A DNA stretch of 57,239 nucleotides, filler included, from Dugesia japonica (GCA_001938525.1; 5 parts of 5 records of this genome joined end to end with filler, not necessarily neighbours in it), one strand, 5' to 3'. Positions 35,269-48,671 are shown, counted from the first letter of the whole stretch. Notes: a model not told the origin generated them from the sequence alone. Translations and numbers: made by a program.

Positions 35269-38200
35269 TTATGAGAATTTCATACCTTTCAAACCTATCC
35301 CATTTTTTATCCCATCTGATCGATTCACTCTGAGGCATCCAAATTGCAAGATCCAATTCTTAAAATTTGACTCTACAATTACTCCTTCATCTTGACGTGA
35401 TAATGTTACCATTACTATATGCGTACTATTCTTATCAATCATTCCCAGTATATATTTCTTTGTGCCTTTTGTTTCTCTCCATAGTCTACATATGTCTACA
35501 TACACTACCTCGAAACAACTAAACGTCTCCAATTTCATTGTTACTTCTTTCGTAGCCGAGGTCTCCGCTTTAGCTCTCTGACAGATTTTACAGCTACGTA
35601 CAACTTCCAGAATCCAGAATGTCTCAACTGTGGTCATTCAAACTTATTCTTCATATATTCTTGTGTCTTTTACACACCCGAGTTACACAATAACTTCTGT
35701 ATCTCTTGGATCTTATCGTTCATTTGCTTTTCTACAATCCAAATCTTTGTGTTTGTCTTACCTATATCTGTTTTCTTTCTTAGCTTTACATTCAAATCTT
35801 CTGAATTTTCACTCAACGCTCTAGTCTTAATCTTTCCTTTCATTGCATCCTTTGTATTATCTGACATTGAACACATAGCTCACAACCTGGTCTCGATAAT
35901 ATATCTGCATTGTGTGAAAAACGCCTTTCCTATACTCTAGTACACTATCTAAACTGCTTAGGTAATTGCCACACGTTTGAAACTGCGATGTTATTGTCTT
36001 TTTAGTCGTCAACATAAACGTTATTGCTTTGGGATCTGTCCTTAATGTGAATTTCCGTCCATAATGATAATGTGTAAAATGTACACAGAAAAAGTACACC
36101 GCTTACAACTTCTTTCTAGTAATGCAATAACCTTTCTCATGTGTTGACATTGGATGCGACCCATAAGCTTACACTCTTTCCCTACTCTGATTGTCTTTCT
36201 AAGATAATACGCTCCTAAAGTTTCAAAACTGGCATCTGTGTTTAAAGTAAAATCTTTGCTCAAAACAGATAAATTAAGAATCGAAGCCGACATTAATGCA
36301 TCTTTTAAACTTTGTAAAATTTTATGCAGTTCAATAGGTCAATTCAACTTTTTATTACTTGGACCACAGCATATTTGTTCCAATTTTCTGGCCTTTATTG
36401 ATTACTTCTTTATAAATTTCTGATAATAATTGAAAATTTCTAGAAAGCTACATAGCTTTTTTACGCAACTAAGTCGTCCGAATGATTTTAGGCGTCAATA
36501 TTTGTCAAACCTGTTCAGACCCCTTTCTTGCAAATAATATATCCCAAAATTTAATTTTACTTTTAATGAACTGACATTTTTCCGGTTATACACTTAATCT
36601 GGCCTTTAAAATACTCTCTAATACCACGGCAATGATTTCATAATGTTGTTTCTTACTATTCGAAAAAACATGATGGCATCCAAATATACCATTGCACCTG
36701 TAATTCCTCCAATCACTTTTGTCATCATCTCTTGTACTCGGTGCTGCTGCTATCCCAAAAGGCATCCGATTAAAACAGTATTGTCTTTGTTTGGTTGAGT
36801 ATGTAGTTATTTCTTGGGACTCCTCTTCTAACTCCACTTGGTAGTGGAGCTATTCCTAAATCAATCAAACTAAATAAATCTTGCTCCCTTCAATGTATCC
36901 AACATCTCGTCAATATTTGGCATTGAAAAAGCTTGCCTTTTCGTAACTGCATTCAATTGCCTAAAATCAAGACATAACCGAATGTTCTTTTTGCCCTTCT
37001 TCCATACACAAATCAACGGAGTGTTCCACTGAGAATTGCACTTACCAATGATTTTATTATCAAATAAATTCTGAATTGCTTCATTAATTTGCCCTTCCAA
37101 ATGTAATAGTTGCCTGTACGGTTTGATATTTATCTGTTCTCCTTGAGTGTTAATCCTATGTTTGACCAAAGTGTCCTACCCACACCCCATTTGTCGGCCA
37201 ACTTTCCTGTTTTTACATATTTTCATTAAATCTGAGTCATTCTTAATTCCCACAGTTTCAATCGCTCTATTTAAACGTTCTTCATTCTCCACTTGTCTAC
37301 CAAATTTTGCATCAATTTTATCTACAATTTTTCCAATTTCATCGTGTTTTTCATTATTAGATGAAATCCAAAAGTCATTTGGGTATCAATAGACCTTATT
37401 AACTCCGGCAAACCTTATCTGCTACCACAAAAGTAATTTCTCTGCAATCATCTCCCAATTGAACTAGTAAACTTACTCTTCCTGCGGTTCCTAAAGTACT
37501 GTCATTCACATACCGCAACCTCTTATCTCCTTCCTCCAGCTGTGTATCTTTAAACTTCTTTATACAACTCCTACTTATTACATTAATACGGATTCTCACA
37601 TCTAATAAACATTCTAGCTTAAAATTCTGAATTGTTACTAAAATACGAGGTCTGCGTTGAAATTTGTAATAAGAAATTGTTATATATTTTAGGATATACC
37701 TCTTTGACCAATATTTCTTCATGTAAAGTGTGGAAATGTAGCCTGTTCCTAGTGTTTTTTATCTTATGTGTTGCTGTTCTGGTGAAATTTTATGTTTATG
37801 TTGAAGGTCTTTGAAGACTTCATTTTCTTTCTGTTTCAAATGCTCCTTAATTCTTTGGATGGGTCTACATATTTCTATTATATTATATTGATTTTATAGA
37901 TTACTTTCCTCATTTTCTGTATCTTTTTTGTCTCCCATATGTCTCATTCCCGAATAATCATAACAATTTCCCACCCCATATTCCTTACTATTGCATCTTC
38001 CGCATCTCAATTCCAGACACCACCTTCTTATGTGTCCTACTTTCCCACATCCAAAACATCTGACAGGTCGTCTTTTTGGACACTCTCTACTCCTTTCTAT
38101 GACGCCACCAAGATTCCCTTATTTCTTGTACTTGACAATTATCTCTCCTGTGATCAACTTTGCGACATATTCAACATTCCAATTGTTGATTTGATTTAAT

Positions 38201-38800
38201 TTTGATTTGGATTCTGAAACTCTTTATTTACAATCTTCGCATAACTCTGAATAACATTAATTTGTTCTTTCTTTTTTTCCTCTCGGTCTAACAGTTTTTC
38301 TTCCAGTTTTTCTAATTTTCTTAGAACCACTTCTTCCTCAATTCTTCTATTCCCGAACAAAATACTAAACTTTTGGCGAGTAATTTCTCTTTTGTAAAGT
38401 CTTTGTTATCAAATATTCTGTCGATCAGATTCTCCACTTTCTTTACATATACGCCAACATCTAATTTTTTCCTTTTAAAATTTACTAAATACTGAAAATC
38501 ATCTACTATATCATTTTCTTTTTCATCTACGAATTGTAGTCTCGATTGAAATTCTTCCGTTTTCTTTGCTGTTTTTAAATAATCTTCTACTAAATCTTCA
38601 TCCAGTAAACAAAGGAATAGTCTATTCTGTTCTTTTTCTGGTTGATACCTTTTGCATCAAAATAAAATTCACGTCTTAATAAATTTTACAATTTCTTCGC
38701 CCTTACAGAATACCTTGTAAATAGACGTACGGTGATCGAGTCCGTATTTCCCGCTGCCACCATGTGAGGAATACACACCTCATTAATAATACTTTTTTTC
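35269..38800 (-). mobile_element. Decayed Ty3/gypsy LTR retrotransposon (gag-PR-RT-RH-IN)
   Basis: In minus-strand order: LTR end ...CTCACA, PBS, gag remnant, protease (CLLDVRIRINVIS), RT (WNTPLICVWKK..IRLCLDFRQLN; FNRMPFG), RNase H (LNTDAS; FTLRTD), integrase (RSCKICQRAK; VYVDI). Confidence 0.93.
38751..38762 (-). promoter_or_regulatory. Primer-binding site complementary to a tRNA-Leu 3' end
   Basis: TGGTGGCAGCGG lies immediately after the LTR-terminal CA and is complementary to CCGCUGCCACCA. Confidence 0.7.
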
Positions 38801-39059
38801 TTTGTATACATTACAAAAAATATACTGAAAACCATGATTAAGAAACTTTTGAATAAAATACATTATAAAAAATTATAATTATTTATTACAAATAATTTAT
38901 TATAAAAATAATTATTATAATAATAAAAAGTTTAAAAATATACAAAATTTACTTTCTTCTAAAATCTTCTCAAAATACAAATTTTTGCCAAACAACTTTA
39001 CAAAATTCAAATATTAAAACAACTTAAAGATTCTCCTTTTAAATCATTTTTAAAAGTTT

Positions 39060-39800
39060 TCCTTATAGTCAGCATGCAACCTATAAAAATCTAAATATTC
39101 ACCTTTTCCAATAGACCTACATGCTGGACATATGTAATACTTTTCCTCATATAAACACTGACCCTAATATTTCTCCATAATAAAATTGTAATCGTCTTTA
39201 TGAGTCCAATTCACACAATAATGTTTGAACATTGTACAGCATTCTAGAAAAAGTAAATTATATAACATGTTATTAAATTAACAAAATATTCCTAAAATCA
39301 TGAAATTTATTCAACAAATTAAATNATATTTAAATTATTAAGTTAAAATAATTTTTAAAGATTACTATTAAAAATTCATTTAAAAAATTACCAAAAAATA
39401 TTATAAGTCCATTTAAAAAGTAACATAAAATTAAAAAATTATAAAATAAATCAAAATTAACTATTATCATAAATAGAAGCTGCAACAACAGAAGCATCAT
39501 AATTCTAAAATAAATAATTTTAATAACTATTAAGTATTAATAATAAATTTACTTTAATTAAACTCTTCCTCTTCATACCTCTTCCGCTTTAACTGTAATT
39601 ATTATATTTCTAAAATAAAATTAATAGCTATTAAATAATAATAATAAATTTACATTATCCATCATTAAACGTGTCAAATTCATATTTTGATTATTGTTCA
39701 TAACCTGAGAGCAATCAATTAATGCAAATAATTAGTTTACCTTTTCTTTGCTCAACAATGTTCTCAAAATGTTTATCTTCCTAATTTAAATAAAAATAAA
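39060..39800 (-). pseudogene. Multi-small-exon gene remnant ending in a PHD-like finger
   Basis: An AG/GT-bounded exon at ~39097-39243 gives CCTMFKHYCVNWTHKDDY...*...YYICPACRSIGK. Several short upstream exon-like blocks have splice signals. Confidence 0.35.
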
Positions 39801-40244
39801 TGAATAAATAAATGAAAATAACAAACTTATGTATAAGAAATTGTGGCTTTTAATATAGTTTTATGAAAATTGTGAAAAAATTATGAAAGTAACTACTTTT
39901 ATACAGAGGCGTAACTGGGTTTTCGACACACTTAGCTAATTTATTTTTGGCGCCCTTGACAAATTTCAGCTTTGTGACTTTTACAATTGTTAGAAAAAAA
40001 TAAAAGAATTTCTCTTATTTTATTTGTGACAATAATTACGTTGTCTGACAGTGACAGTCATACAACGTGGGTATCAAAAATGCAAAAGACAGGAACAATA
40101 CTAATTTACAGTTTATTATTTACTAAATAATACTAAATAAATTGGTGGATAAAACTGGATATTGTTGCGTTAATACAAACTACAGCAAAACTTGAAGTAT
40201 CATGTATTATAAATAAAAACAATAGTGTCAACGTGTCATACTCA

Positions 40245-41470
40245 CTAACTCATACATAAAGATAGAAACTCATAATAAAAAGTAAATTTAAGTAACACTA
40301 CACTGATACATATTTCTTGATAATTGATGTTTTTTGATAATGGTATGGAACTAGCATTTAAATGTTGAAATGTCGAACTATATGTTTTATAATTACCAAT
40401 ATATTTATCTCCATTTTTAAATGCAATTAGAAGAACATATGGCAAACGACGATCGTCAAAGATTTATTCCTTTGATTTATTTATAGTTTCAATCAATTTA
40501 TTTTGAATATATGTTCCATATCTACATTCAATTTTGAAATTATTAAATGAAAAAATTGCATCCTTAAAAAGCATATGCAACATATAGTTACTATGAATTG
40601 CATTATTTTTATTATTCAAATATTTGCCTGTCTTATCAACTATCCTCACTTGAATATACAATAAAGTATCATTCAAATCCAAATATTCAGTTTGTGATCA
40701 GTTTAAAAAAAAAACTCTAAACTCAGAGACTGAATTCCTTGGAAACATATCTTCAAACAAACCAAATTCAAAAACTGCTTGTGGAGATGGAAGATCAGAA
40801 ATACATAATTCAGTATTACCACAAATCATTTTCAAACATTGTTCCATGTCCTCTCTTTTGTTTGTTTATACGTGAAACCTTTGATCTATTACGTATTCTA
40901 TTAGTTTGTTAAGATTAACTTGTTATCATTTTTCTTATTTTAGTTGGTATCTTATTAAATATACTTTCTGGTAACATGTTTGCGATTTTTCGGATCAAAT
41001 TAGTTACTCCACTAGGTAACAAAGACTATATTACCAAGTTAAGCTAATGCATTATATTTCAACGTTGGTAATATTTTTTCATTATTAGCCATTACATTAA
41101 ATTTACCCATTGTTCTCAACCACCCGGATCCATACAGTTTTTCTACAAAGTAAGGTAATTTTCCACCAGATTGACTGTTACTATNCAATGATACAGTATC
41201 AAGGTTAATCATTTATTTTTCGAAAATGTAAAGTTAAATGCGTTTTTGAATCTTTTTCCATTATTATGATGTATATTAATTTCTATATTGTTTATACATG
41301 TTGTTGCAATTGGTAAATACATTGAATTCTCAACTATTATTTGTACTACTTCATCATTTTCATGCTTTTCTATCCATACCGATTTCAATAGAGGAACATT
41401 AACATTTCCTACAATTATAGATTCAACAGTACTACTATAGATTAACATTTGCTGATGTTTTTGTAGTTTA
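40245..41470 (-). mobile_element. Polinton/Maverick virion-module remnant (minor capsid, small core-like ORF, major capsid)
   Basis: MLIYSSTVESIIVGNVNVPLLKSV...YLPI...INNIEINI is penton-like. SQSGGKLPYF...GSGW follows. LDLNDTLLYIQVRIV...MLHMLFKD...RLPYVLLIAF...FQHLN is double jelly-roll MCP-like. Gene order is canonical and the frames are decayed. Confidence 0.8.
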
Positions 41471-43134
41471 GATTTACTTACTCTTTTGAATTGCAAGTCC
41501 GGAATAGTAACCATTTCTCTTCGATAGCAAAGATGCAAAAATTGAAATAAAAAGAACTTTAGATGGGCGAATAATTACTGGTATCATGTTATTGAAAGCT
41601 ATCAAATTCCCATTATCAAGAGTATTAGGTATACGTGATTTAACTGAAGCAAAGGGTTTTGACAAACCTAATCTCCAAAAATGTCAGAGAGCCTACCGAA
41701 TTGACTATTTGGCAAGGCAGATCATTCCAAATGAAGATTTACCTATTACAATGTATATAAAATCAAAAATAGATGCACACCTATTGCAAATAATTTATTT
41801 AAAAATTAGAAACGACTGGGTAGACTATATTACATCTGATCCAATAGACGACATCCCTCAATCCATAGTAGAAAATAAGAATAGGCAAGAAAATCTGGCA
41901 AAACTCAAAGACAAAAATATTCTAACCAGATTTTTTGATTGAAAGGTACCAGAAGACGAATTGAAACCACCCACAGGGGTAAAACTACTGAGAGTAGATG
42001 AAATGGATATCGATGGAAAACCCTATAAAAATATAAAAGAAACTTCTAACGGTAATGATTCAAAGAATACTTAAAATATTCTACACAAAAATATTTACCC
42101 TGGGATTGAAATAGTAAACGTTGTGAAAGCTCCATCACCAAAGAATGACGAAGAACCAGCTACAATTATTAAAGAGGAACCAGTAGAAGAAGAAACAGTG
42201 AGAAAAGCAAGAAGGCTACCCTCATCAAGCGAAGGGAATTTTCTCAAATATAGTAATCACGTTAAATTAAATAGTCCCGATCCGATTTTTCCCCGAAAAT
42301 CACGTGCAACCTAAAGAAACTGTCTTGAGGTTTGTAATAGAAAAAACGCAAATCACACAGCCATCGTAGAGAGTAGTCACAACAAGAGACTGTTAGAAAT
42401 TAACGGACAAGAATGCATATATTCTCCTGTGGTAATAAACAAACGAGAGACCCTCTAGTTATCTCCTATGATTTCGCATCACGACAAATGTGTGATAACA
42501 GACCACGACATATACCAAATCCATAACAGCCTCAACGCAACACAAGCAATACGCAACAACAATAATGAGAACAATATCAGTTAGTGCTAGCCCCGTTCTT
42601 TATTATTGTATTTCTATCATTTAATGAAATCCACAGTAGTTTCCAATACTTCCCATTATAATTCACCAATCAGCCAATCTTGTTTATCAAGTTCAAAACG
42701 CGAACCATAGCGATACCAGCTACTTCCGNTCGTCGTTCACACTCAATCATCAATTATATTGATAACAGACATTTTAATTTATTAATGTGACTGTGGTTCT
42801 TGTGTTTTGCACCATTTGACATCAAACATTTGATTTTTTGATATTAACTGTGTATTGAATATTATATCATTTTATTCATTGTGTTTAATATTTTAGACAA
42901 AACATTTTTGTGGGGAAGGTATATTAGGATCATAGGTAAAAAACCTTATTTAAAAAGCTTTTTTATCAAATTAATTGTTTTAATAAATTAAGTTCATAAA
43001 TTGACTTATTAATAATAAGAATAATTACTATTTTTAACAGTTTGTTTTAATATTTCATTTACTTAAATTCAAGGATTCACAATATTAAATTTATTATATA
43101 ACTTTCAAAATTCATTAAAATAAAATTTGATAAT

Positions 43135-43221
43135 AATTCTATATTTCGACTTTGTCTTCTTCAGGAATTGAGTTTGATCAAAGTTTATTCCTGAAGAAGA
43201 CAAAGTTGAAAATATAAAATT
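43135..43221. ncRNA. Divergent pair of minimal hammerhead motifs (minus 43135-43169 intact; plus 43187-43221 decayed)
   Basis: Minus: AATTC-CTGAAGA-A-GAC-AAA-GTC-GAAA-TATA-GAATT. Plus: ATTC-CTGAAGA-AGACAAAGTT-GAAA-ATATA-AAAT. The pair sits in an inverted repeat at ~43100-43290. Confidence 0.7.
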
Positions 43222-44143
43222 ATTATCAAAAAGCAGAAAAACAAATTTTGATCGAAATTTTTATTTTAATGAATTCTGAAAAACGATTAATGATTACGTC
43301 CAACAATTATTCTTGTAAGGCATACTTACCTCTGAGTTACCTAAATTCATATTAACAAATAACGAATAATTAATAATATTTATTCTACAACAATTATTAA
43401 AATCGTTTACAAATTACTTAATAAAAATTACAAATTATAACTCAAATATTACAATTTACAAACTTTCTAATTACGATATATTACAGAAATATTACTTACA
43501 CAAATTCTTATACAATAAAATGAAAATAACTTACAAAGATATTAAACGAAATATTTGTCAAAGATTAAATCCAAAAAAACTCTTAATTTGAATTTCGCAT
43601 GCTTTTCAAAATCTTCATTTAAAACACTCACAAAATTTTCTATTTATTCTTAATTTTCCTCACAATTCTAGAAATAATTGTAATTGTAAAATAATTTTCA
43701 AACCTCATATAAAAAAAATCTGATTATTTAAACATAAATAACATCGCATTTTGACATTTACAAAATTCTAAATTATAGTTTCACATAAATCTTCACCATC
43801 AAATAATAAAAATAATAAACAATTACAAATCAAAGCAAACTCATTTAAAATGATCAATAATTAAACTTTTACAAATGTTTTATTAAAAAATGTATTGAAA
43901 AATCTATTGAATCATTTGAATCGAATAACATTAATTTCTTTCATAAAAAAGTTTTATCAATAAAATTAATCTCAAAAAAATATCTAAAATAATTTATCTT
44001 TAGTGAAAATAATTGATGTGCATGTTCAAAATATGACCAGTCANNNNNNNNNNNNNNNNNNNNNNNNNNNNNNNNNNNNNNNNNNNNTTAATTAATTAAN
44101 NNNNNNNNNNNNNNNNNNNNNNNNNNNNNNNNNNNNNNNNNNN

Positions 44144-44169
44144 ATAATATTAATAATAATAATAATATT

Positions 44170-44216
<47 letters not shown>
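44144..44216. repeat. (AAT)n microsatellite abutting a TGTTGGG terminus
   Basis: Seen directly. Confidence 0.9.
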
Positions 44217-44218
<2 letters not shown>

Positions 44219-44870
44219 TTGGGTTTTTACGATTTTGATGTTTTAAATTTTCTTTAACTTCTCCGATCTCACTTTTAATAATTTTAATTTCCATCGACAT
44301 ATCTAGGGGTATACCTAAAAACCACAAGCATTTGTGTCACCTCTGTGACATGCCCCTCTCTTTTCTGGGTCCAACAGCAATTTCTCTCACAAGCTCAGTT
44401 AAAATTCGACTTGTAATATCACTGTGATTTTACTTTACCAGACACAATCAATAAATATAAATTAAATCAATTAAAACGAAGATTGATCAGTTTGCGTTTC
44501 TTCGGCCTGTGGCTTATTGGGTCTTCAACCATAAGCCGCTATCTTTACTTGTTCCCAATCGTCTGGAGTTCTTTCAAGAATTTCCTTATCGATCGAGATC
44601 GTACCCGACTTTAGTAAGCAGTGTTACCAGTCGCTTTACAGCATCTAAAACATTGAGAACTTTGGTGATCCAGAGAAACCAATGGAAAAAGGAGAGTCAT
44701 TAAGAAATTCATTCTTCACGTCGCTAAAGCAGTTAAAAGATTTACCCATTATCGGGAAGAACTAGATATCCGACAAAATAATACATTGGTTCTTAGAAAA
44801 CTATGGTCACATTACGTCAGTGATGTACGCGTTACAGCATGAACGTATCACAACAGCACTAGGCATAAAA
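44217..44870 (-). mobile_element. LTR-like unit of the AAT-associated family (end fragment)
   Basis: Starts TGTTGGG right after the AAT array and has reverse-complement homology to 31740-32244. Confidence 0.6.
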
Positions 44871-44950
44871 CTTACTTACCATGATAGTATTCCCATTCCC
44901 TTCCCATATTTTTCGAAAATAAGAAGTCAATGTAGGATTGATAATACAAT

Positions 44951-45580
44951 AGTAGTGGGAATAGTACGCTTTTAAGCCAAGGGGGTACCCTAGAAATCTT
45001 AAGATGTTTTATGTAAAAATTTTACATTAAGAAATGTTTTTCCAGAGACATTATTTTCTTATTTTTAGTGTCACCAACATCAAAATTTCTAGTTGAAAAA
45101 TTTTCCAACAAAAATTTTCCAACCAAGAAAAACAGATATTGGTGACATTAAAATTTTAAAAAAATCTCAAACAAATCACCTCATTAAAGCATCAAAAATT
45201 TTTACATTAAACATCTTAAGAGGAGATATTTAAGAGGAAACTAAATTTTTACTATATAAAATGAGTGTGAAGAAAAAAGTTGAAGAAGAAAAAGTTAGCG
45301 AAAGTTATTACAGAGAAAAAAGTGGTGAGCGAGTTAATTTTACGCACATTAGTAAATTCAATAAAGAGTTTTGAAAGTTTTGATGAGTCAAATTTAGATG
45401 AAATAAAAGAATATTTAAATTGTGAACTTTCAGAAGAAACTGCAAAACGTTATTTAGATTAGGAAAAATGGTATCAAAATTATATGAAAAACACAAAATA
45501 GACAAAACGAAAAATAGGAGCCGTCCTGAAACCAATACAATCCCAGTCGAGCATAAAAAGAATATTAAATAACACACTAA
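44951..45580 (+). mobile_element. Probable Polinton/Maverick terminal region
   Basis: Starts AGTAGTGGGAATAGTACGC (AGTAGT Polinton-type end), followed by a ~220-bp imperfect hairpin (TCTTAAGATGTTT.ATGTAAAAATTTT / AAAATTTTTACAT.AAACATCTTAAGA; TGTCACCAA / TTGGTGACA). Confidence 0.45.
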
Positions 45581-47519
45581 TGAAATACTAACTTAAGATC
45601 AGCTAACGGTATATATTGACTTGATCCATCTCATTCACCTATGACATAAAAGTTCAAGATAGGTTCGAATTTACGATACAATTCAACACAAGCCCTATAA
45701 GACCAATGCAGATACAATTTAATAACCCATAGCACGATAATACCATCCACTAAATTTTTCTATCAATCGTGCTGATACCCACGAACAATCAAACAAACGA
45801 AGAATCAAACAATACGAATAATCACTATTCGCATCGAGCCAGTTACCACCCCTAGTCAATTAGGNNNNNNNNNNNNNNNNNNNNNNNNNNNNNNNNNNNN
45901 NNNNNNNNNNNNNNNNNNNNNNNNNNNNNNNNNNNNNNNNNNNNNNNNNNNNNNNNNNNNNNNNNNNNNNNNNNNNNNNNNNNNNNNNNNNNNNNNNNNN
46001 NNNNNNNNNNNNNNNNNNNNNNNNNNNNNNNNNNNNNNNNNNNNNNNNNNNNNNNNNNNNNNNNNNNNNNNNNNNNNNNNNNNNNNNNNNNNNNNNNCTG
46101 CATATCACGACATCGCTTGTCCACATTTCTCATTCACACAAAGATGACGGAGCATCTTTTGTGAAGTAGATACATGTTGAGTTCTAGAAAACAGACATAT
46201 ACCATAATGTATAACAAACAAACAATCTAAACACAATACACACATATATTACATACCAGAATCAATATTCGAGTCAGAGCGAGATATGAACAGTCAGTTT
46301 TCGAAACAGCCAATTCAAGAAAGTGATTATTCGAAGATAAAAAATGTTTAATCAGAGTGTAATATTGAACATTTTTATTGATTATTTTTTTGGATGAACA
46401 ATTTAGTGTAAAACAATTTTATTGAGTGATCAATTTTGTAACTATTTTATGCATCGATAATTTGGTTTTTACTGAAAATAATATTTTTATTTTTATGCAT
46501 CAATAATTTTATAGAGAACTGCTTTACTGAAAATAATTTTGATTTTTTTTAAAGTGTGTAATATTTTNNNNNNNNNNNNNNNNNNNNNNNNNNNNNNNNN
46601 NNNNNNNNNNNNNNNNNNNNNNNNNNNNNNNNNNNNNNNNNNNNNNNNNNNNNNNNNNNNNNNNNNNNNNNNNNNNNNNNNNNNNNNNNNNNNNNNNNNN
46701 NNNNNNNNNNNNNNNNNNNNNNNNNAGAAAATTATTATTATTATTATTATTGTCATTATTATTATGTAATTATTATTATTATAATTATTATGAATTATTA
46801 TGAAAAGATTGGGAAAAAGAAAATCGGGCGTAGAAGACCCAATTTTAATGACACGAAAATGAAAATTATATGGACAAGAAGAGAATGATTGAATAAATAA
46901 AAATAATCTACTATAATATAACAATGTTTTAAAGGAGTCTCTACGACCCATTTTATTTATGAATTGTAATTTAATTGATACTGGTCCAGTCATCTGTCCT
47001 TGTCTAGCTGATGAAAAAAAAATTGAAAATAATCATCAAAACAGATCAATCATTTCCTGCTAGACAAGGACTTTTCCACAGTAACAATCAGAGGTCATAT
47101 GAGGTGACCGACTGATAAATTCGTAACGTGCGAGTTGGTGTGCACAAGTATAATAAAGCGATAAAGATAGAGAGTTGCACACCAACTGCTCCAATTAGAA
47201 GGAAGTATTGGGCAAAATTCGACGGTCATTTGCAAACGAATAAGTAGTTGCAAGTTGGGGTGCAAACGAGGAATAAAACTCGTTTGCACGGAAAAATCAG
47301 TCAGAAGTGACAATCAAATTTTGTTTTAAAAATTTAGTAGAATTATTATCGTCATCTCTAAAGGAATTATTGTTGTAATTGAACATCTCGTTAACAGTTC
47401 GTGAACAAGAGAAACGTTATTAAAAGTAAATAAATTTTGTTTTGTCGTATACTTTCATCAATGTAAAATCATTCTTTTTATGTTCGAGTGCCCTGGATAG
47501 AGGTCGTGTTCCCGGAATG

Positions 47520-48090
47520 TCGAAAAATTATGCTTGCAAATTATATTAAAAGAAGTGAAGCCATTATCGAGAAATTATGCTTGCAAATTCGATTAAAAGT
47601 CGTGAAGCCATTATCGAGATGGTGTGATTGCAAATTATATTAAAAGAAGTGAAGTTATTAACAAGAAATTATGATCGCAAATTATCTTAAAAGAAGTGAA
47701 GTTATTAACGAGAAATTATGGTTGCAAATTATGTTAAAAGAAGTCAAGCCATTCACGAGTAAGCATGTTTGTAAATTCCAATAAAAGTCGTGATGTCATT
47801 ATCGAGAAGGTGTGATTGCAAATTATATTAAAAGAAGTGAAGCCATTAACAAGAAATTGTGATTGCAAAGTATATTAAGAGAAGTGAAGCTATTAACAAG
47901 AAATTATGGTTGCAAATTATTTTAAAAGAAGTAAAGCCATTAACAAGAAATTGTGATTGCAAAGTATATTAAGAGAAGGGAAGCCATTATCGAGAAAGCA
48001 TGATTGCTAATTATATTAAAAGAAGTGAAGCCGTGATCGAGTAATTGTGATTGAAAGTTATAGTAAAAGAAACGAAACCACTGTCGAGTA
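47520..48090. repeat. Minisatellite, 47-bp unit, ~12 copies
   Basis: TTGCAAATT occurs at 47534, 47581, 47628 and onward. Consensus GATTGCAAATTATATTAAAAGAAGTGAAGCCATTAACAAGAAATTAT. Confidence 0.9.
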
Positions 48091-48671
48091 AATATTAGCA
48101 TCGATCACCGGGATCCCAGAGGAACGTAAAAGAGTAAAACGAATTCTGGGAGCTCGGTTAATATCACTCTCTTTAGTTAATAAAATTTTGGTGTTTCTTT
48201 TCCAACCGATTGTAAAATGTGTTTCTTGGTTATTCTTTGTGTATTGCTTAGCATTAATTATTCACCAAATTAAAACGGGTGTAAATTGACGTGGTTATAA
48301 AGTGAATAATGTTGGTCTGAAAAGTCATGAATATATTTTAAAATCGTATTTATTTTTATTTAAATATAATAATAATATGAGAATTATAACTGAGTTTTAA
48401 GTAAAACTGAAATTGATTAGAATAAGATGGTTTCACATTTTATTTGGATTTTCAAATTGTTTTATGCTTTAGGGAAATTCTTAACAGAGCTTCGAAACAG
48501 TGAGAACTAGAAAAGATGGCTACCTTAGTGGACATCTTCTCTGGTTCCTACTACAGAAGCCGGGAAACCAGAAATGATAGGCCACAGGCCGAAGATTCGT
48601 TAATTTATTATTCTGAATGTCGCTAATTTATTTAGCTGATATTAATGTTGTGACCATGACAGAGTACTACA

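Noticed and set aside
45590-46330. CA-rich repeat resembling 53590-54110 and 42340-42590, possibly another LTR/DIRS family
   Set aside because: The similarity is weak, it is interrupted by a gap, and no termini or coding motifs could be fixed.
47520-48090. CRISPR-like array
   Set aside because: The units are contiguous 47-bp repeats with no unique spacers, in a eukaryotic context with no cas genes.
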